From IMG/VR virus record IMGVR_UViG_3300033145_003233, positions 310,001 to 374,000 of that record: 64,000 bases of DNA. One strand, 5' to 3'. A program made the translations under genes and the position numbers. A model generated the notes under the pieces. The model was given only the letters and a program-made list of their open reading frames with translations. It ran no database searches and was not told where the DNA came from. Of this stretch, positions 9,913 through 19,896 are shown piece by piece; position 1 is the stretch's first letter, and each line of letters begins with the position of its first letter.

Positions 9913-10636
9913 ATCTATATCTTTCTAATTTAATATTATTCAAACCCATCACCTCTCTTAATGCTACCGTCTCTCCTGGAGAATCCCGATCATTTAACTC
10001 GTCAAATCCCAACACGCTCCCCTTAACCAAATAAGGCTTTATAATTTCGAGACATTTTTTAGTAGGCTCATATAAATCAAAATCAAAATAAGCTAAAGAT
10101 ACAATAGTTTCTGGATGCGCCTTTAAATATTCAGCTAATTTCTTAGGGCCATCTCCCTTTAATATCTCAAATTTCTTTATATGAGAAATAGGATTGTCTT
10201 TTTCTTGTAAAGTTAAAATGTGTTCTAAATATTTTTCATAGTTGTTAGTTACATTATCTGCCCCATCAACCATCAAAGCAGATTTTCCATCTTTTTTATT
10301 AATATTTATAAAACCTTCAAAAGTATCAAAAGCTAATATCTTTCTATGTCTATTAAATGGCTCATATATACCTCTCAATGCAGCTAAAATAGATGCGTTT
10401 TGTCCCCACCGAGTACCAAATTCTATAATAATTCCATGCTTATCAATTATCTTGTTATATAAAAAATCAAAAAACAAAATACGAGAAAGATTTTTAGAAT
10501 TTAGAAATAACCCCAGATTAGATAAAATTTCATCATCAGGAAGAGGGTTCTCCTTAAAAGCAGTAAGCATTTCATTCCTAGCTTCTTCCTCTTTATCGCT
10601 ACTAAAATCTATATTTCCCAATTTTGTTTTACTCAT
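9881..10636 (-). CDS. TylF/MycF-family sugar O-methyltransferase
   Basis: IIEFGTRWG, FDTFEGF, AYFDFDLYEPT, GFDE. Confidence 0.85.
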   Translation of the reverse strand: MSKTKLGNIDFSSDKEEEARNEMLTAFKENPLPDDEILSNLGLFLNSKNLSRILFFDFLYNKIIDKHGIIIEFGTRWGQNASILAALRGIYEPFNRHRKILAFDTFEGFININKKDGKSALMVDGADNVTNNYEKYLEHILTLQEKDNPISHIKKFEILKGDGPKKLAEYLKAHPETIVSLAYFDFDLYEPTKKCLEIIKPYLVKGSVLGFDELNDRDSPGETVALREVMGLNNIKLERYRYVSRTSYFIL

Positions 10637-10637
10637 T

Positions 10638-11597
10638 TTATAATTTTTCCCAAACAGTTATAGAATAACCATCTCCCAATAGGCTTCCACATGGGACTCT
10701 CACCATTTTAATTATTTTAATTATTTTCTCTTTTTCCATCCTCATTAATTTTGTAAAGAAACCTTTCAAATAATTTCTATTATTTTCTAACTTACAAATA
10801 ATATAATCAGTCAAATTAGTGTCAGTATCATAAAACTCTAACATCGAATTGACATGTACATGTCTACTAAAAGGCTTGTCTAGTAAAAATTGTAAAAAAT
10901 CACCATATCTATTGCCTAGTTGTTCCAATGCTCCCAAAGTAAAGCTAACCCCGCCATCTTGAACTAAAAAATCATTATCAGGATAAAACATATCAAAAAT
11001 GCCACCATGAATATCATAATGAAATTTATCTCTGATAAGATTAATGATTGCTTGCGGTTGGCGGACCCAATCAACACCATAATAACTTTTTTCTGGAGCC
11101 ATCTCACAAAAAGATAACAAATTAGCACATGAGCCACAACCGAACTCGTAGATATTATCCTTGTCTTTTAAAAATGAATCAAAAACAAATGCTCTTATTA
11201 AATCTACAAAATTTTTCTCAAAATTATCATCCACTGATCTCACATAATCTCCAAACAAACGAATAGGAGAACCGCTCCTGAAATACTGAGGAGCCAAAGC
11301 AGCTTTGTCATACCCACTCTCAATAAAATTATCTTGTATTTCCCCCCAACCCTTCTCCCATTTTTCTTTTTTACCTTCACCAGATTTAGTAAAAATCTCT
11401 GCATCTATTCTTTTTATGAGTTCAAGTATTATTTTATCTCTTTCCCTCCTATCAATATGCCTATACCTAAAATCCCTATTATTAATTATATTAACACAGG
11501 ATAATGGCATCTCATTTTGATCAATATCAAAAATCATAGAGAAATCTTTAACGGTAAGATTGTGAATGTTTTCTCCCACTTTATTATTTTTCCACAA
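10638..11597 (-). CDS. Class I SAM-dependent methyltransferase
   Basis: IYEFGCGS, YYGVDW, GALEQLG. Confidence 0.75.
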   Translation of the reverse strand: MWKNNKVGENIHNLTVKDFSMIFDIDQNEMPLSCVNIINNRDFRYRHIDRRERDKIILELIKRIDAEIFTKSGEGKKEKWEKGWGEIQDNFIESGYDKAALAPQYFRSGSPIRLFGDYVRSVDDNFEKNFVDLIRAFVFDSFLKDKDNIYEFGCGSCANLLSFCEMAPEKSYYGVDWVRQPQAIINLIRDKFHYDIHGGIFDMFYPDNDFLVQDGGVSFTLGALEQLGNRYGDFLQFLLDKPFSRHVHVNSMLEFYDTDTNLTDYIICKLENNRNYLKGFFTKLMRMEKEKIIKIIKMVRVPCGSLLGDGYSITVWEKL

Positions 11598-12543
11598 AAG
11601 ATAAAATAGATTTAATTATACTATCTTTATCGAGTCCATATTCAGAACGAATCCAATTTCTGTCCCCGTATTTTTTACAAAATTCATCTGGCAAAGATAT
11701 TTTCTTTAATGGCTTATATATATTATTCTCAACCATAAGCTCACTTATTATACTTCCCAATCCACCGATACAAGAATGCTCCTCCACCACAACTACTCTT
11801 TTAGAACCTGATATTATTCTAGCTGCTTCTTTATCATTAAATGGTTTAATCCTAAATACATCTCTATAAGTAGTGAATACTCCTTCTTTATGAGTTAAAT
11901 ATTCTGCTGCTTCTATTACATCATACATGTTAGTCCCAGTAGAAAAAATTACAACATCTGGTTTCCCATAAGGACCACATATTCCAAGACTAAACGGAAC
12001 TGAGTCCTTATTTGGTTCTGGAAAAATAAAGTTATCATATTCTGGCAAGGGAGAATAATCACCCTTATCTAATCTAATATATGTTGGACCATCATTCTCA
12101 TATGCCTTCTGAGCAACATAAGAATTCATAACTGGACCTGAAGGACTATATATAGTTAAATTAGGAAGAGTTCTCATGATCGCGATATCATTAAGAGAAT
12201 GATGAGTAGGCCCATCATTACTAAACGTAAGACCAGCCCCGATACCAATAATTGTAACAGGTAAATTCATGCAACATAAGTCAATTTTTATCTGCTCAAA
12301 ACACCTTTCTGTTACAAATGGAGTGATAGTATAAACACAAACTTTTTTGCCAGCTTTGGCTAACCCAGCCGCTACACTTATCATATTCTGTTCAGCTACG
12401 CCAACATTGATAAATCTACGCCCCAGTTTTTCTTTAAACTTAGATAAACTAAATGCCCACATATCAGCAGTAAGAAAATAAAAATTATCATCATCTTTAA
12501 CTAAATCATATAATCTGTCAAAAAATGCGTCTCTAAGGTCCAT
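11584..12543 (-). CDS. Transketolase, C-terminal subunit
   Basis: INVGVAEQNM, EQIKID, GPTHH, GPTYIRL, VEEH...GGLGS. Confidence 0.9.
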   Translation of the reverse strand: MDLRDAFFDRLYDLVKDDDNFYFLTADMWAFSLSKFKEKLGRRFINVGVAEQNMISVAAGLAKAGKKVCVYTITPFVTERCFEQIKIDLCCMNLPVTIIGIGAGLTFSNDGPTHHSLNDIAIMRTLPNLTIYSPSGPVMNSYVAQKAYENDGPTYIRLDKGDYSPLPEYDNFIFPEPNKDSVPFSLGICGPYGKPDVVIFSTGTNMYDVIEAAEYLTHKEGVFTTYRDVFRIKPFNDKEAARIISGSKRVVVVEEHSCIGGLGSIISELMVENNIYKPLKKISLPDEFCKKYGDRNWIRSEYGLDKDSIIKSILSFVEK

Positions 12544-13312
12544 TTATTTCCCTCCTAGCAATTTCTAATTGTTCATCATTAGGAACTCCGTGATGCCATT
12601 TGGGAACATTCTCCATATAAGATATCCCCTTTCCCTTAACAGTATTAGCTATAATAACCAATGGTTGATATGGATTAACTTTCTTACCCTTCTTAATATA
12701 TTCAATTATCTGTTTTACATCATGGCCATTAATATTACAAACTGCCCATCCACACTGACGAAGCCGACCTCCCAAATATTGTAATGAACAAGAATCCTTC
12801 ATAAAATCAGTGGCGCAAATATTATTCTTATCTATAATTAAAATTATATTATTTAAACTGTGTTGAGCAGCAAATAAAATAGATTCCCAAACAGATCCCT
12901 CATTACATTCTCCATCCCCCATCAGAACATATATGTCCCCTTTTTCTTCATCATTTATTCTAGCCAATGCCATACCACAAGCGACACCAAGACCATGACC
13001 TAAGGACCCAGTATCAAATTCAACTCCCTTAATATTTATATCTGGATGGCCTCCCAATGGATTCCCATTTAAATAACATTCTTCATAATCCTTATCATTT
13101 ATATATCCCAAATCATGCAAAATAGGATAGAACGCCATAGAAACATGTCCTTTACTTAAAATAAATTTATCATCTTCCTCAAGAATTCCACCATAATAAA
13201 GGGCCACCAATATTTCCACACATGAAAGAGCACCTCCGACATGTCCTTTCTTAGATCTATATAATATATCTAAGATCTCATTTCTTAACCATTTACATTT
13301 ATCTTCCAGCAT
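12533..13312 (-). CDS. Transketolase, N-terminal (TPP-binding) subunit
   Basis: GHVGGALS, LSKGH, TGSLGHG, GDGECNEG...N TPP motif. Confidence 0.92.
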   Translation of the reverse strand: MLEDKCKWLRNEILDILYRSKKGHVGGALSCVEILVALYYGGILEEDDKFILSKGHVSMAFYPILHDLGYINDKDYEECYLNGNPLGGHPDINIKGVEFDTGSLGHGLGVACGMALARINDEEKGDIYVLMGDGECNEGSVWESILFAAQHSLNNIILIIDKNNICATDFMKDSCSLQYLGGRLRQCGWAVCNINGHDVKQIIEYIKKGKKVNPYQPLVIIANTVKGKGISYMENVPKWHHGVPNDEQLEIARREINGP

Positions 13313-14358
13313 TAAAATGGACCTTTAAATTTATTTTCATAATTATAAAATTCTTCACCTTCCACATTAATAGAAGATAAACCGAACATCTTTTCAACTG
13401 TTCTAATAATATCAACAGAATCAGGATAAAACTCATTTTCTAGATGTCTAGCCGTAGGACAAGGAGTGTGAGCGAAACCCATTCTTTCTATAGGGCAATC
13501 TAATAACCGGAAACAACTACTATATATTGTCGCTGCCAGTTCCGCACCAAAACCGCAGTGAACCCAGTCATAATCTGCTATTATACATTTACGAGTTTTG
13601 CTAACAGACTCAACCATTGGTTTCAAATCTACAGACGATATACACCTAGCATCTATTATCTCAACAGATATCCCGTACTTCTCTAAAACTTGAGCGGCTC
13701 TCAATGCCTCGACATTCATCCACGAGGTAGCTATAATAGTAACATCCTCTCCGTCCCTTATCTTGCTGGCCTTATCTAGGGGAACTCTAAAACTCTTTTC
13801 TTCTACTTCTCCCTCCTGGAAATATAACCACCTATGTTCCATAATCATAACCGGATTATCATCACGAATAGCTGCTATCATCATTCCCTTTACATCTCTT
13901 ACAGTTGTGGGCATCACAACTTTTAAACCTGGGATATGAGCGAAAATAGATTGCATAGTTTTAGTATGTTGACATCCCTGCCCCCAACCCCTACCTATAA
14001 TATTCCTTATTACGATAGGAATTTTCAATTTACCATCAGACATATATCTAAAACTTGATATTTGATTAATTAATTGATTCATAGCTAGAAGAGAAAAGTC
14101 AACTCTCATATGAACAAGGATAGGTCTCAACCCATTAATTGCTGCTCCAAGAGCAAACCCTGTTAGACTATCTTCAGATAAAGGAGTATCAAAACACCTA
14201 TCTTTTCCAAAAGTTTCTTGCAATCTTTCAGTTGTGCCAAAAATCTTCTTACAATCAGGAACGCCTATGCCATAAATAAAGACATTCTTATCCCTTTCCA
14301 TTTCTTGATAAATAGCCTCGTTAATTGCTTCTTTATATGTTATTTTTTTATCTCTCAT
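13312..14358 (-). CDS. 2-oxoacid/acetoin dehydrogenase E1 beta-like subunit
   Basis: FDTPLSE, GLRP, HIPGLKVVMP, EHRWLY. Confidence 0.9.
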   Translation of the reverse strand: MRDKKITYKEAINEAIYQEMERDKNVFIYGIGVPDCKKIFGTTERLQETFGKDRCFDTPLSEDSLTGFALGAAINGLRPILVHMRVDFSLLAMNQLINQISSFRYMSDGKLKIPIVIRNIIGRGWGQGCQHTKTMQSIFAHIPGLKVVMPTTVRDVKGMMIAAIRDDNPVMIMEHRWLYFQEGEVEEKSFRVPLDKASKIRDGEDVTIIATSWMNVEALRAAQVLEKYGISVEIIDARCISSVDLKPMVESVSKTRKCIIADYDWVHCGFGAELAATIYSSCFRLLDCPIERMGFAHTPCPTARHLENEFYPDSVDIIRTVEKMFGLSSINVEGEEFYNYENKFKGPF

Positions 14359-14360
14359 AA

Positions 14361-16187
14361 TTACTCAAATAAAACATTATTATAAAGTTCACTAACATCT
14401 GAAGATTCTGATACCTTAGCAAATTCCAAACTTCTATATATTTGCTCATCTATTTCTTTATTTACTTTTTCTATGTCCAAATCCGGATGATCTTTAAGCA
14501 ACAAATCTCTTGAATATTCTAAAGGATCTTCTACCTTATTCAACTCATCTCTACTACGATACCCAGCTTCCCAATCATCGCATACTCCAACATGTTCCAG
14601 ACATCTAAGATAATTAAATGACATGAAATGAGGTCGATTAGTTGCCCTTATATCTTCTACTATTTTTTTTGTATCATGATAAATATGATCAACTTTTGTA
14701 GTTTTGTAATTATGCACAGTTAACCTGAAATTATCCATAAAGTCACATATATCATCATAACCATGTCTTTCTTTTTTTGAAGTACACACAGCTAAATCAT
14801 TATCTTCATACACAAATAGAACTGGAAGTTGCCATAAAGATGCCATATTTATACTTTCCCAAAAATTCCCCTCATCAACAGCCCCGTCCCCAAAGAACAC
14901 AACCACTACTCTACCATTTTTTTTCATTTTATTAGCAAACGCTGCCCCAGTCGCTACAGAAATATTGCTAGCAACGATAGCAGATGATGACATATACCCC
15001 TCTTCAGGACAAGCTATATGCATAGAACCAGCTTTGCCTCTAGCCTCTCCAGTTTTTTTCCCATACATTTCTGCAAAAAAGCCATGAGTATCTCTTGTTT
15101 TAGCCAGATATGGAGCATGAGTGCGATATGTAGTAAAAATTTGATCGTCATCATTCAAAGCTCCTATAATTCCAACTGATATAGCTTCTTCTCCTCTCGA
15201 CATATGCATAGGAGTTTTCATTTCATCATCAAAATAATTATCTATTATTACACTCTCTGCTTTTCTAATTAAATAAATCTTTTTATACAACTCCAAACTC
15301 AAGTCCCACTTTTCACTTGTCCTGCCCTGAGAAATAGTAGTCAACTTCTTATCATTAACATATGTTGCAACTGGATCAGATCTCTTAGACCTTGCCACTA
15401 CAATGCATCTCTCCACCTGTCTTTTTGTTGCCCTAATAATTCTGTCAATTCCATATTTTTCTGAAGAATTTAATCTCCATTCACACCACAAAGAAGAAAA
15501 TAAAGCTGCATCTCGAGCTGCTAGAGATGGACTAATAGAACCATAACCTTCATTATTCTCTACTGTTCTAACTTCTTTTACATAAATAGATTGCCCGCCA
15601 GCTTCATAAAGACGCATAGCAAAATCTTCAGCATAATAACTACAAATAAAATTCTTATCAATTCCACCTAACTTGAAATATGCTTCCTTATGGAACATTA
15701 AACCAGCCCCATTAGGGAGAAAAGGACAATAATAACCCCTGCTTAAATGTTTACCACTACGCTTACCAAAAAAGAACCTACTAGGACTAGCTCTTTTACA
15801 TATCACAAATTTATCTATCTTAGGCTTATAAATATAACGACCCAATGCACCTGCTGAAAAATTATATTCATTATTACCTAATTCTATCAAATGATCATAT
15901 AAGCAATCTAATGCATTCTTATTGGGATAACTCAAATCATCACCACTATTAAAAATAAAATCTCCTCTGGCCTCCAACATTCCTATATGAAAACACTGAG
16001 CTGGTTTTACTTCGGCATAAATATATCTAAAATTTTCAGGTAGTTCAAAATCCGGTCTTATATGTCCAATAAAAATAACTTCAAATGGTATATAATTCTC
16101 TTGTAAGCCATCATAATACTCTTTCCAAAAATCTATTTTAATAGCTGGAGAAACAACACTTACTATTGGTTTTATATAAGAACACAT
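14361..16187 (-). CDS. In-frame fusion of a GT2-like glycosyltransferase (N-terminal ~295 aa) and an E1 alpha TPP subunit (C-terminal)
   Basis: N-terminal part aligns with 41560-42417; C-terminal part has PMHMSRGEEA, GSMH and FGDGAVDEG...DN. Confidence 0.8.
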   Translation of the reverse strand: MCSYIKPIVSVVSPAIKIDFWKEYYDGLQENYIPFEVIFIGHIRPDFELPENFRYIYAEVKPAQCFHIGMLEARGDFIFNSGDDLSYPNKNALDCLYDHLIELGNNEYNFSAGALGRYIYKPKIDKFVICKRASPSRFFFGKRSGKHLSRGYYCPFLPNGAGLMFHKEAYFKLGGIDKNFICSYYAEDFAMRLYEAGGQSIYVKEVRTVENNEGYGSISPSLAARDAALFSSLWCEWRLNSSEKYGIDRIIRATKRQVERCIVVARSKRSDPVATYVNDKKLTTISQGRTSEKWDLSLELYKKIYLIRKAESVIIDNYFDDEMKTPMHMSRGEEAISVGIIGALNDDDQIFTTYRTHAPYLAKTRDTHGFFAEMYGKKTGEARGKAGSMHIACPEEGYMSSSAIVASNISVATGAAFANKMKKNGRVVVVFFGDGAVDEGNFWESINMASLWQLPVLFVYEDNDLAVCTSKKERHGYDDICDFMDNFRLTVHNYKTTKVDHIYHDTKKIVEDIRATNRPHFMSFNYLRCLEHVGVCDDWEAGYRSRDELNKVEDPLEYSRDLLLKDHPDLDIEKVNKEIDEQIYRSLEFAKVSESSDVSELYNNVLFE

Positions 16188-16192
16188 AAAAA

Positions 16193-16909
16193 TTACCCTT
16201 TACCATTTTTTAAACAAGATAAAACTTCATTTATTTCCAAATTGGCTCTATAGGCTGAAACCTTATCTATTTTATAAAGTTTTTTAACCAACTGAATCTT
16301 ATCATTATCAACAATAGAAGTATTAATATATACCACTTCACGCCATTTAGGACTTTTTTTATTAATAATCCTTGCTGGCACAAAAGAACAAGCTGACAAA
16401 AAATCATGCACAACATTTAAAAGAGGGATACCCTCATAACATCTTTTAAGCCACATTTCTAAATGAATAACAATAATCTGGTTCATATAATTCTTTACAT
16501 TCTTCAAGATATCATATTCAGAACCTTGAGCATCTATCTTTAAAACATCAATACCGTGACCACTTTGTTCTATAATCTTAGCAAGGCTCTTACATTTGAC
16601 AGGCTTAGAATCAACGACTTCCATACAATCAAATTCTATACGATCATCTTTATAATATTTCATATCGGGAACAAAAAGAGAACTATTTTGCCCATCTTTA
16701 GTTATATAAAGAATCTTCTCTTTCCCATCTGAAATAGCACAATCATAATAGAAATATTTATCATCTATTACCTTATTGCTTTCAAATCTAGGATCCAAAC
16801 CGATATACTTTTCTATGTATTTGCGATATCTTTTTTTATCAAAAGGAAAAACAAATCCACCAAAAGCACCTACATCAAAATATATTAACTTACTTATTTC
16901 TTGCGTAAT
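16193..16909 (-). CDS. FkbM-family methyltransferase (ORF track starts at 16798; frame extends to a likely non-canonical start)
   Basis: LKIDAQGSEY; the in-frame upstream extension encodes motif I YFDVGAFGG. Confidence 0.75.
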   Translation of the reverse strand: MTQEISKLIYFDVGAFGGFVFPFDKKRYRKYIEKYIGLDPRFESNKVIDDKYFYYDCAISDGKEKILYITKDGQNSSLFVPDMKYYKDDRIEFDCMEVVDSKPVKCKSLAKIIEQSGHGIDVLKIDAQGSEYDILKNVKNYMNQIIVIHLEMWLKRCYEGIPLLNVVHDFLSACSFVPARIINKKSPKWREVVYINTSIVDNDKIQLVKKLYKIDKVSAYRANLEINEVLSCLKNGKG

Positions 16910-17870
16910 ATTCTCTCCAGAAATTTAAAGTATCTTTTAATGTAATATCAAAATCAATGGTAGGCTCCCATCCAGTTTCTTTTTTAAATTTATCAACACA
17001 TGGAATTTGCAATGTCACATCAGATGGCCTTAGTAAAGACTTATCAACTATAACCTTCATATTTTTCGTAGTTGACATCCCTATTAATTTATCCAACATC
17101 TCTCTAATAGTCATTGTGAAATTACCACCTATGTTATATACTTCTCCATATTTACACTCATTAACCATCATCCAGTATGCCCTCACTGTGTCCCTAACAT
17201 CAGCAAATGTCCTAACGCTATCCAAATTACCCACTTTAATAATAGGCTCTTGCAATCCAGCTTCTATCTTTGCTATCTGTTTAGCAAAAGCCGCAACTAC
17301 AAAAACATCTCCTCTTTTAGGCCCAGTATGTGTAAACATTCTTGACCTAATAGTTTTTATTCCGTAAGAAATCCAATATTGTAACCCAAGCATATCCTCC
17401 CCAACCTTAGAAACGGCGTAAGGAGAAGCAGGCTTAAGAGGACAATCTTCTTCTATAGGAATATCTTTTTCATCAACCTGTCCGTACACTTCTGAGGACG
17501 AACAAATATGAACAATAGGATCATAGTCTTCCTCTTCTTTTATAATCTTAATCGCCTCTAATAAATTACATGTCCCTATCACATTTGAATCCAATGTGGC
17601 GGCAGGAACATCAAAACTATATGGTACGTAAGACTGAGCAGCCAAATGAAAAATATATTTTGGCATAACCTTCTTAATTATACGATATAAAGAAGAAAAA
17701 TCTGTTAAATCTCCATGATGAAAAGTTACAGAATCCAGCAAATGCAAAATATTTTCTTTTGGAGATCTCCATCTAGTTAACCCATGAACCTCTACATCTG
17801 TTTCTGCTAACAAATAATCTGCTAAATGACTTCCTACAAAACCAGTTACTCCAGTAATAAATGCTTTCAT
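16890..17870 (-). CDS. gmd: GDP-mannose 4,6-dehydratase family
   Basis: TGVTGFVGSHL, HLAAQSYV..SF, SSSEVYG, SPYAVSK, GNLDSVR, LRPSDV. Confidence 0.88.
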   Translation of the reverse strand: MKAFITGVTGFVGSHLADYLLAETDVEVHGLTRWRSPKENILHLLDSVTFHHGDLTDFSSLYRIIKKVMPKYIFHLAAQSYVPYSFDVPAATLDSNVIGTCNLLEAIKIIKEEEDYDPIVHICSSSEVYGQVDEKDIPIEEDCPLKPASPYAVSKVGEDMLGLQYWISYGIKTIRSRMFTHTGPKRGDVFVVAAFAKQIAKIEAGLQEPIIKVGNLDSVRTFADVRDTVRAYWMMVNECKYGEVYNIGGNFTMTIREMLDKLIGMSTTKNMKVIVDKSLLRPSDVTLQIPCVDKFKKETGWEPTIDFDITLKDTLNFWREYYARNK

Positions 17871-17906
17871 AATTTACTCCCTAACTTTATTAAAATAAAA
17901 AATATT

Positions 17907-18623
17907 TTATTGTTCAACTTCCTTTGCCCCATAAGAGTCCCAGCATTTAACCCTTATTTTTTTCAACACTATGCCAGCACAAACCGCTGCCCTCCGATTG
18001 CCCCATAATAATTTATATCCCTTGCTCCCATCAGGAGAGACATATCCCCTTACAACATTAATAAGATTACCATCATTATTATATTCTCCCTGACAATATC
18101 CATGTTTTTTTATACTTTCTGTTAATTCTATTAATCGAGAGGCTGATTTAAGAGCCTGATTTCCTTTTTTAAGCCTCCTTGTATGAATATTATCTATATT
18201 TTTTTTAGCTATTATAAATGTTTCAATCGCCCATTTTGTCAATACATGATTATCTAAATTCTCCAATACTCCCAAACCCATCCTAAGATAATCCCTAACG
18301 AATGTTGCCCATGGAGAATTACCAATTCTAAGAACATTATCTCCATCTTCCCTCCAATATTTCAAAAAAGGATCTTGCCATTCTCGATAAGGATAATATA
18401 ATGATTCTATATCTATAACCTTTATCTTTTTAGGAATCTCTGAAAATATCTTGGCTCTTTTTTTTCTTCTGCCTATCCTGGCTAAATGCTTCGGCAGTTT
18501 TCGAATAAACCTGGCCCTATATTTAGCCCTTTTTCTTGCCCTTCTTCTTGCTTCTTTTTTTTCTTTTTCGCTATCCATTGTAATTAACTTAAAAAGTGCA
18601 TTTAAAAATAGATCTACGGACAT
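17907..18623 (-). CDS. ParB/Srx-fold protein with basic N-terminus
   Basis: ESIKKHGY...YKLLWGNRRAA; paralog of 51427-51906. Confidence 0.6.
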   Translation of the reverse strand: MSVDLFLNALFKLITMDSEKEKKEARRRARKRAKYRARFIRKLPKHLARIGRRKKRAKIFSEIPKKIKVIDIESLYYPYREWQDPFLKYWREDGDNVLRIGNSPWATFVRDYLRMGLGVLENLDNHVLTKWAIETFIIAKKNIDNIHTRRLKKGNQALKSASRLIELTESIKKHGYCQGEYNNDGNLINVVRGYVSPDGSKGYKLLWGNRRAAVCAGIVLKKIRVKCWDSYGAKEVEQ

Positions 18624-19248
18624 GATCTCTTATATTGCCTATAAATTCTATTTTTTTAGCTTTAACATTCAAAGACAGTACTTCCTGTAATTCTTCTCGA
18701 CTATTCCTTCTATGTCCTTCAAACCAGCAGGTATCTCCACAATAACGATTGATTATATTCCATAAAACATTTTTGTCCTTAACATGATGATAAATAGAGA
18801 GAGCAAATATATAATCAAATTTTTCTTCTCCCAAAACTCCTGCAATCGACTCAAAACCCTGTTTGTTTAGATCATAACTAATAAGAGATATGTCACAATT
18901 ATGTCTAGAAAAGATATTAGAAGAAGCATTTAAAAGAATAGAATTTTTATCTAGCCCGACAACACGACCAGCTCCCCTGATTTTAGCATTATGGCACATG
19001 GCCCCCAAATTACATCCTATATCTAATACTGATTTTCCCTCAAAATCATTTGGTAGCTTCATAAATTTGCATCTTGCTTCCGTATCTCTAGTCCCTTTTA
19101 TAAGTCCAATTGTTTGATAAGGCTTTTTTCGATGTTTCTTATTAGTAAGTTTTGCTGCTTTCAAAATTTCCTTTTTATCCTGATCACTTAAATCTATTTT
19201 TTTCATACTTATTACCTTTTTAATATATCGATTAATACTTCTAAGCAC
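18589..19248 (-). CDS. Class I SAM methyltransferase (CmoB/DUF1698-like)
   Basis: GKSVLDIGCNLG, VVGLD, FALSIYHH. Confidence 0.85.
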   Translation of the reverse strand: MLRSINRYIKKVISMKKIDLSDQDKKEILKAAKLTNKKHRKKPYQTIGLIKGTRDTEARCKFMKLPNDFEGKSVLDIGCNLGAMCHNAKIRGAGRVVGLDKNSILLNASSNIFSRHNCDISLISYDLNKQGFESIAGVLGEEKFDYIFALSIYHHVKDKNVLWNIINRYCGDTCWFEGHRRNSREELQEVLSLNVKAKKIEFIGNIRDHVRRSIFKCTF

Positions 19249-19896
19249 CTATAACAATTCAGATAGATTGTGAATTATCGTAATATTTTTATCTGCAAAA
19301 TAACTTCTCCAGTCATACATATTCGTGTACCCGCTAACAAAAATAAAATCCATGTTATTCTCAACCGATACTTCATAATCATATTTCGCATCACCCACAA
19401 AGATAGCTGGTTCTAAATAGCCCTCCTCTCTTATAGATGAAATTATTTCATTCTTAGTTCTTGGGCTACCATAAACTCCCTTAAAATTTTTATGCAACCC
19501 CCTAAGACGTAAAACATTATCCACTTCTTCTTGCTTCCCTCCAGAAACAACAAATATATCCTTCCCACTACCTATAACTCTCGCCAGAAACTTCAATGCC
19601 CCCTGAGTTTCCCTACAACCAGTTAATAAACGAGCACATTCTTTACCAAATTCATCTACTAACATTTGCACTGTTTTGTCATTAATATCTTCTTTTAAAA
19701 CTTCAAAAACAAATTTATTTATTTTTTCATACCTTGTAACCCCTCCCATCTCCTTATGTAGCATTACAAACTTGCGAGCTGCACACTCTCCGTATAGCAT
19801 ACCTATTCTATGAAAAGCTTTAGTTTTAACCCAATTCGAATCAATCAAAACTCCATCGCAATCAAAAAACCATGTATTATATTTTGTTAAGTCCAT
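19249..19896 (-). CDS. HAD-family phosphatase
   Basis: FDCDGV, VSG, GSPRTK, FVGDAKYD. Confidence 0.9.
   Translation of the reverse strand: MDLTKYNTWFFDCDGVLIDSNWVKTKAFHRIGMLYGECAARKFVMLHKEMGGVTRYEKINKFVFEVLKEDINDKTVQMLVDEFGKECARLLTGCRETQGALKFLARVIGSGKDIFVVSGGKQEEVDNVLRLRGLHKNFKGVYGSPRTKNEIISSIREEGYLEPAIFVGDAKYDYEVSVENNMDFIFVSGYTNMYDWRSYFADKNITIIHNLSELL

Noticed and set aside
11584-16187. Pyruvate dehydrogenase or pentose-phosphate auxiliary metabolism
   Set aside because: No E2, E3 or other central-metabolism genes; the genes sit between gmd and sugar epimerases, so sugar tailoring is more plausible.
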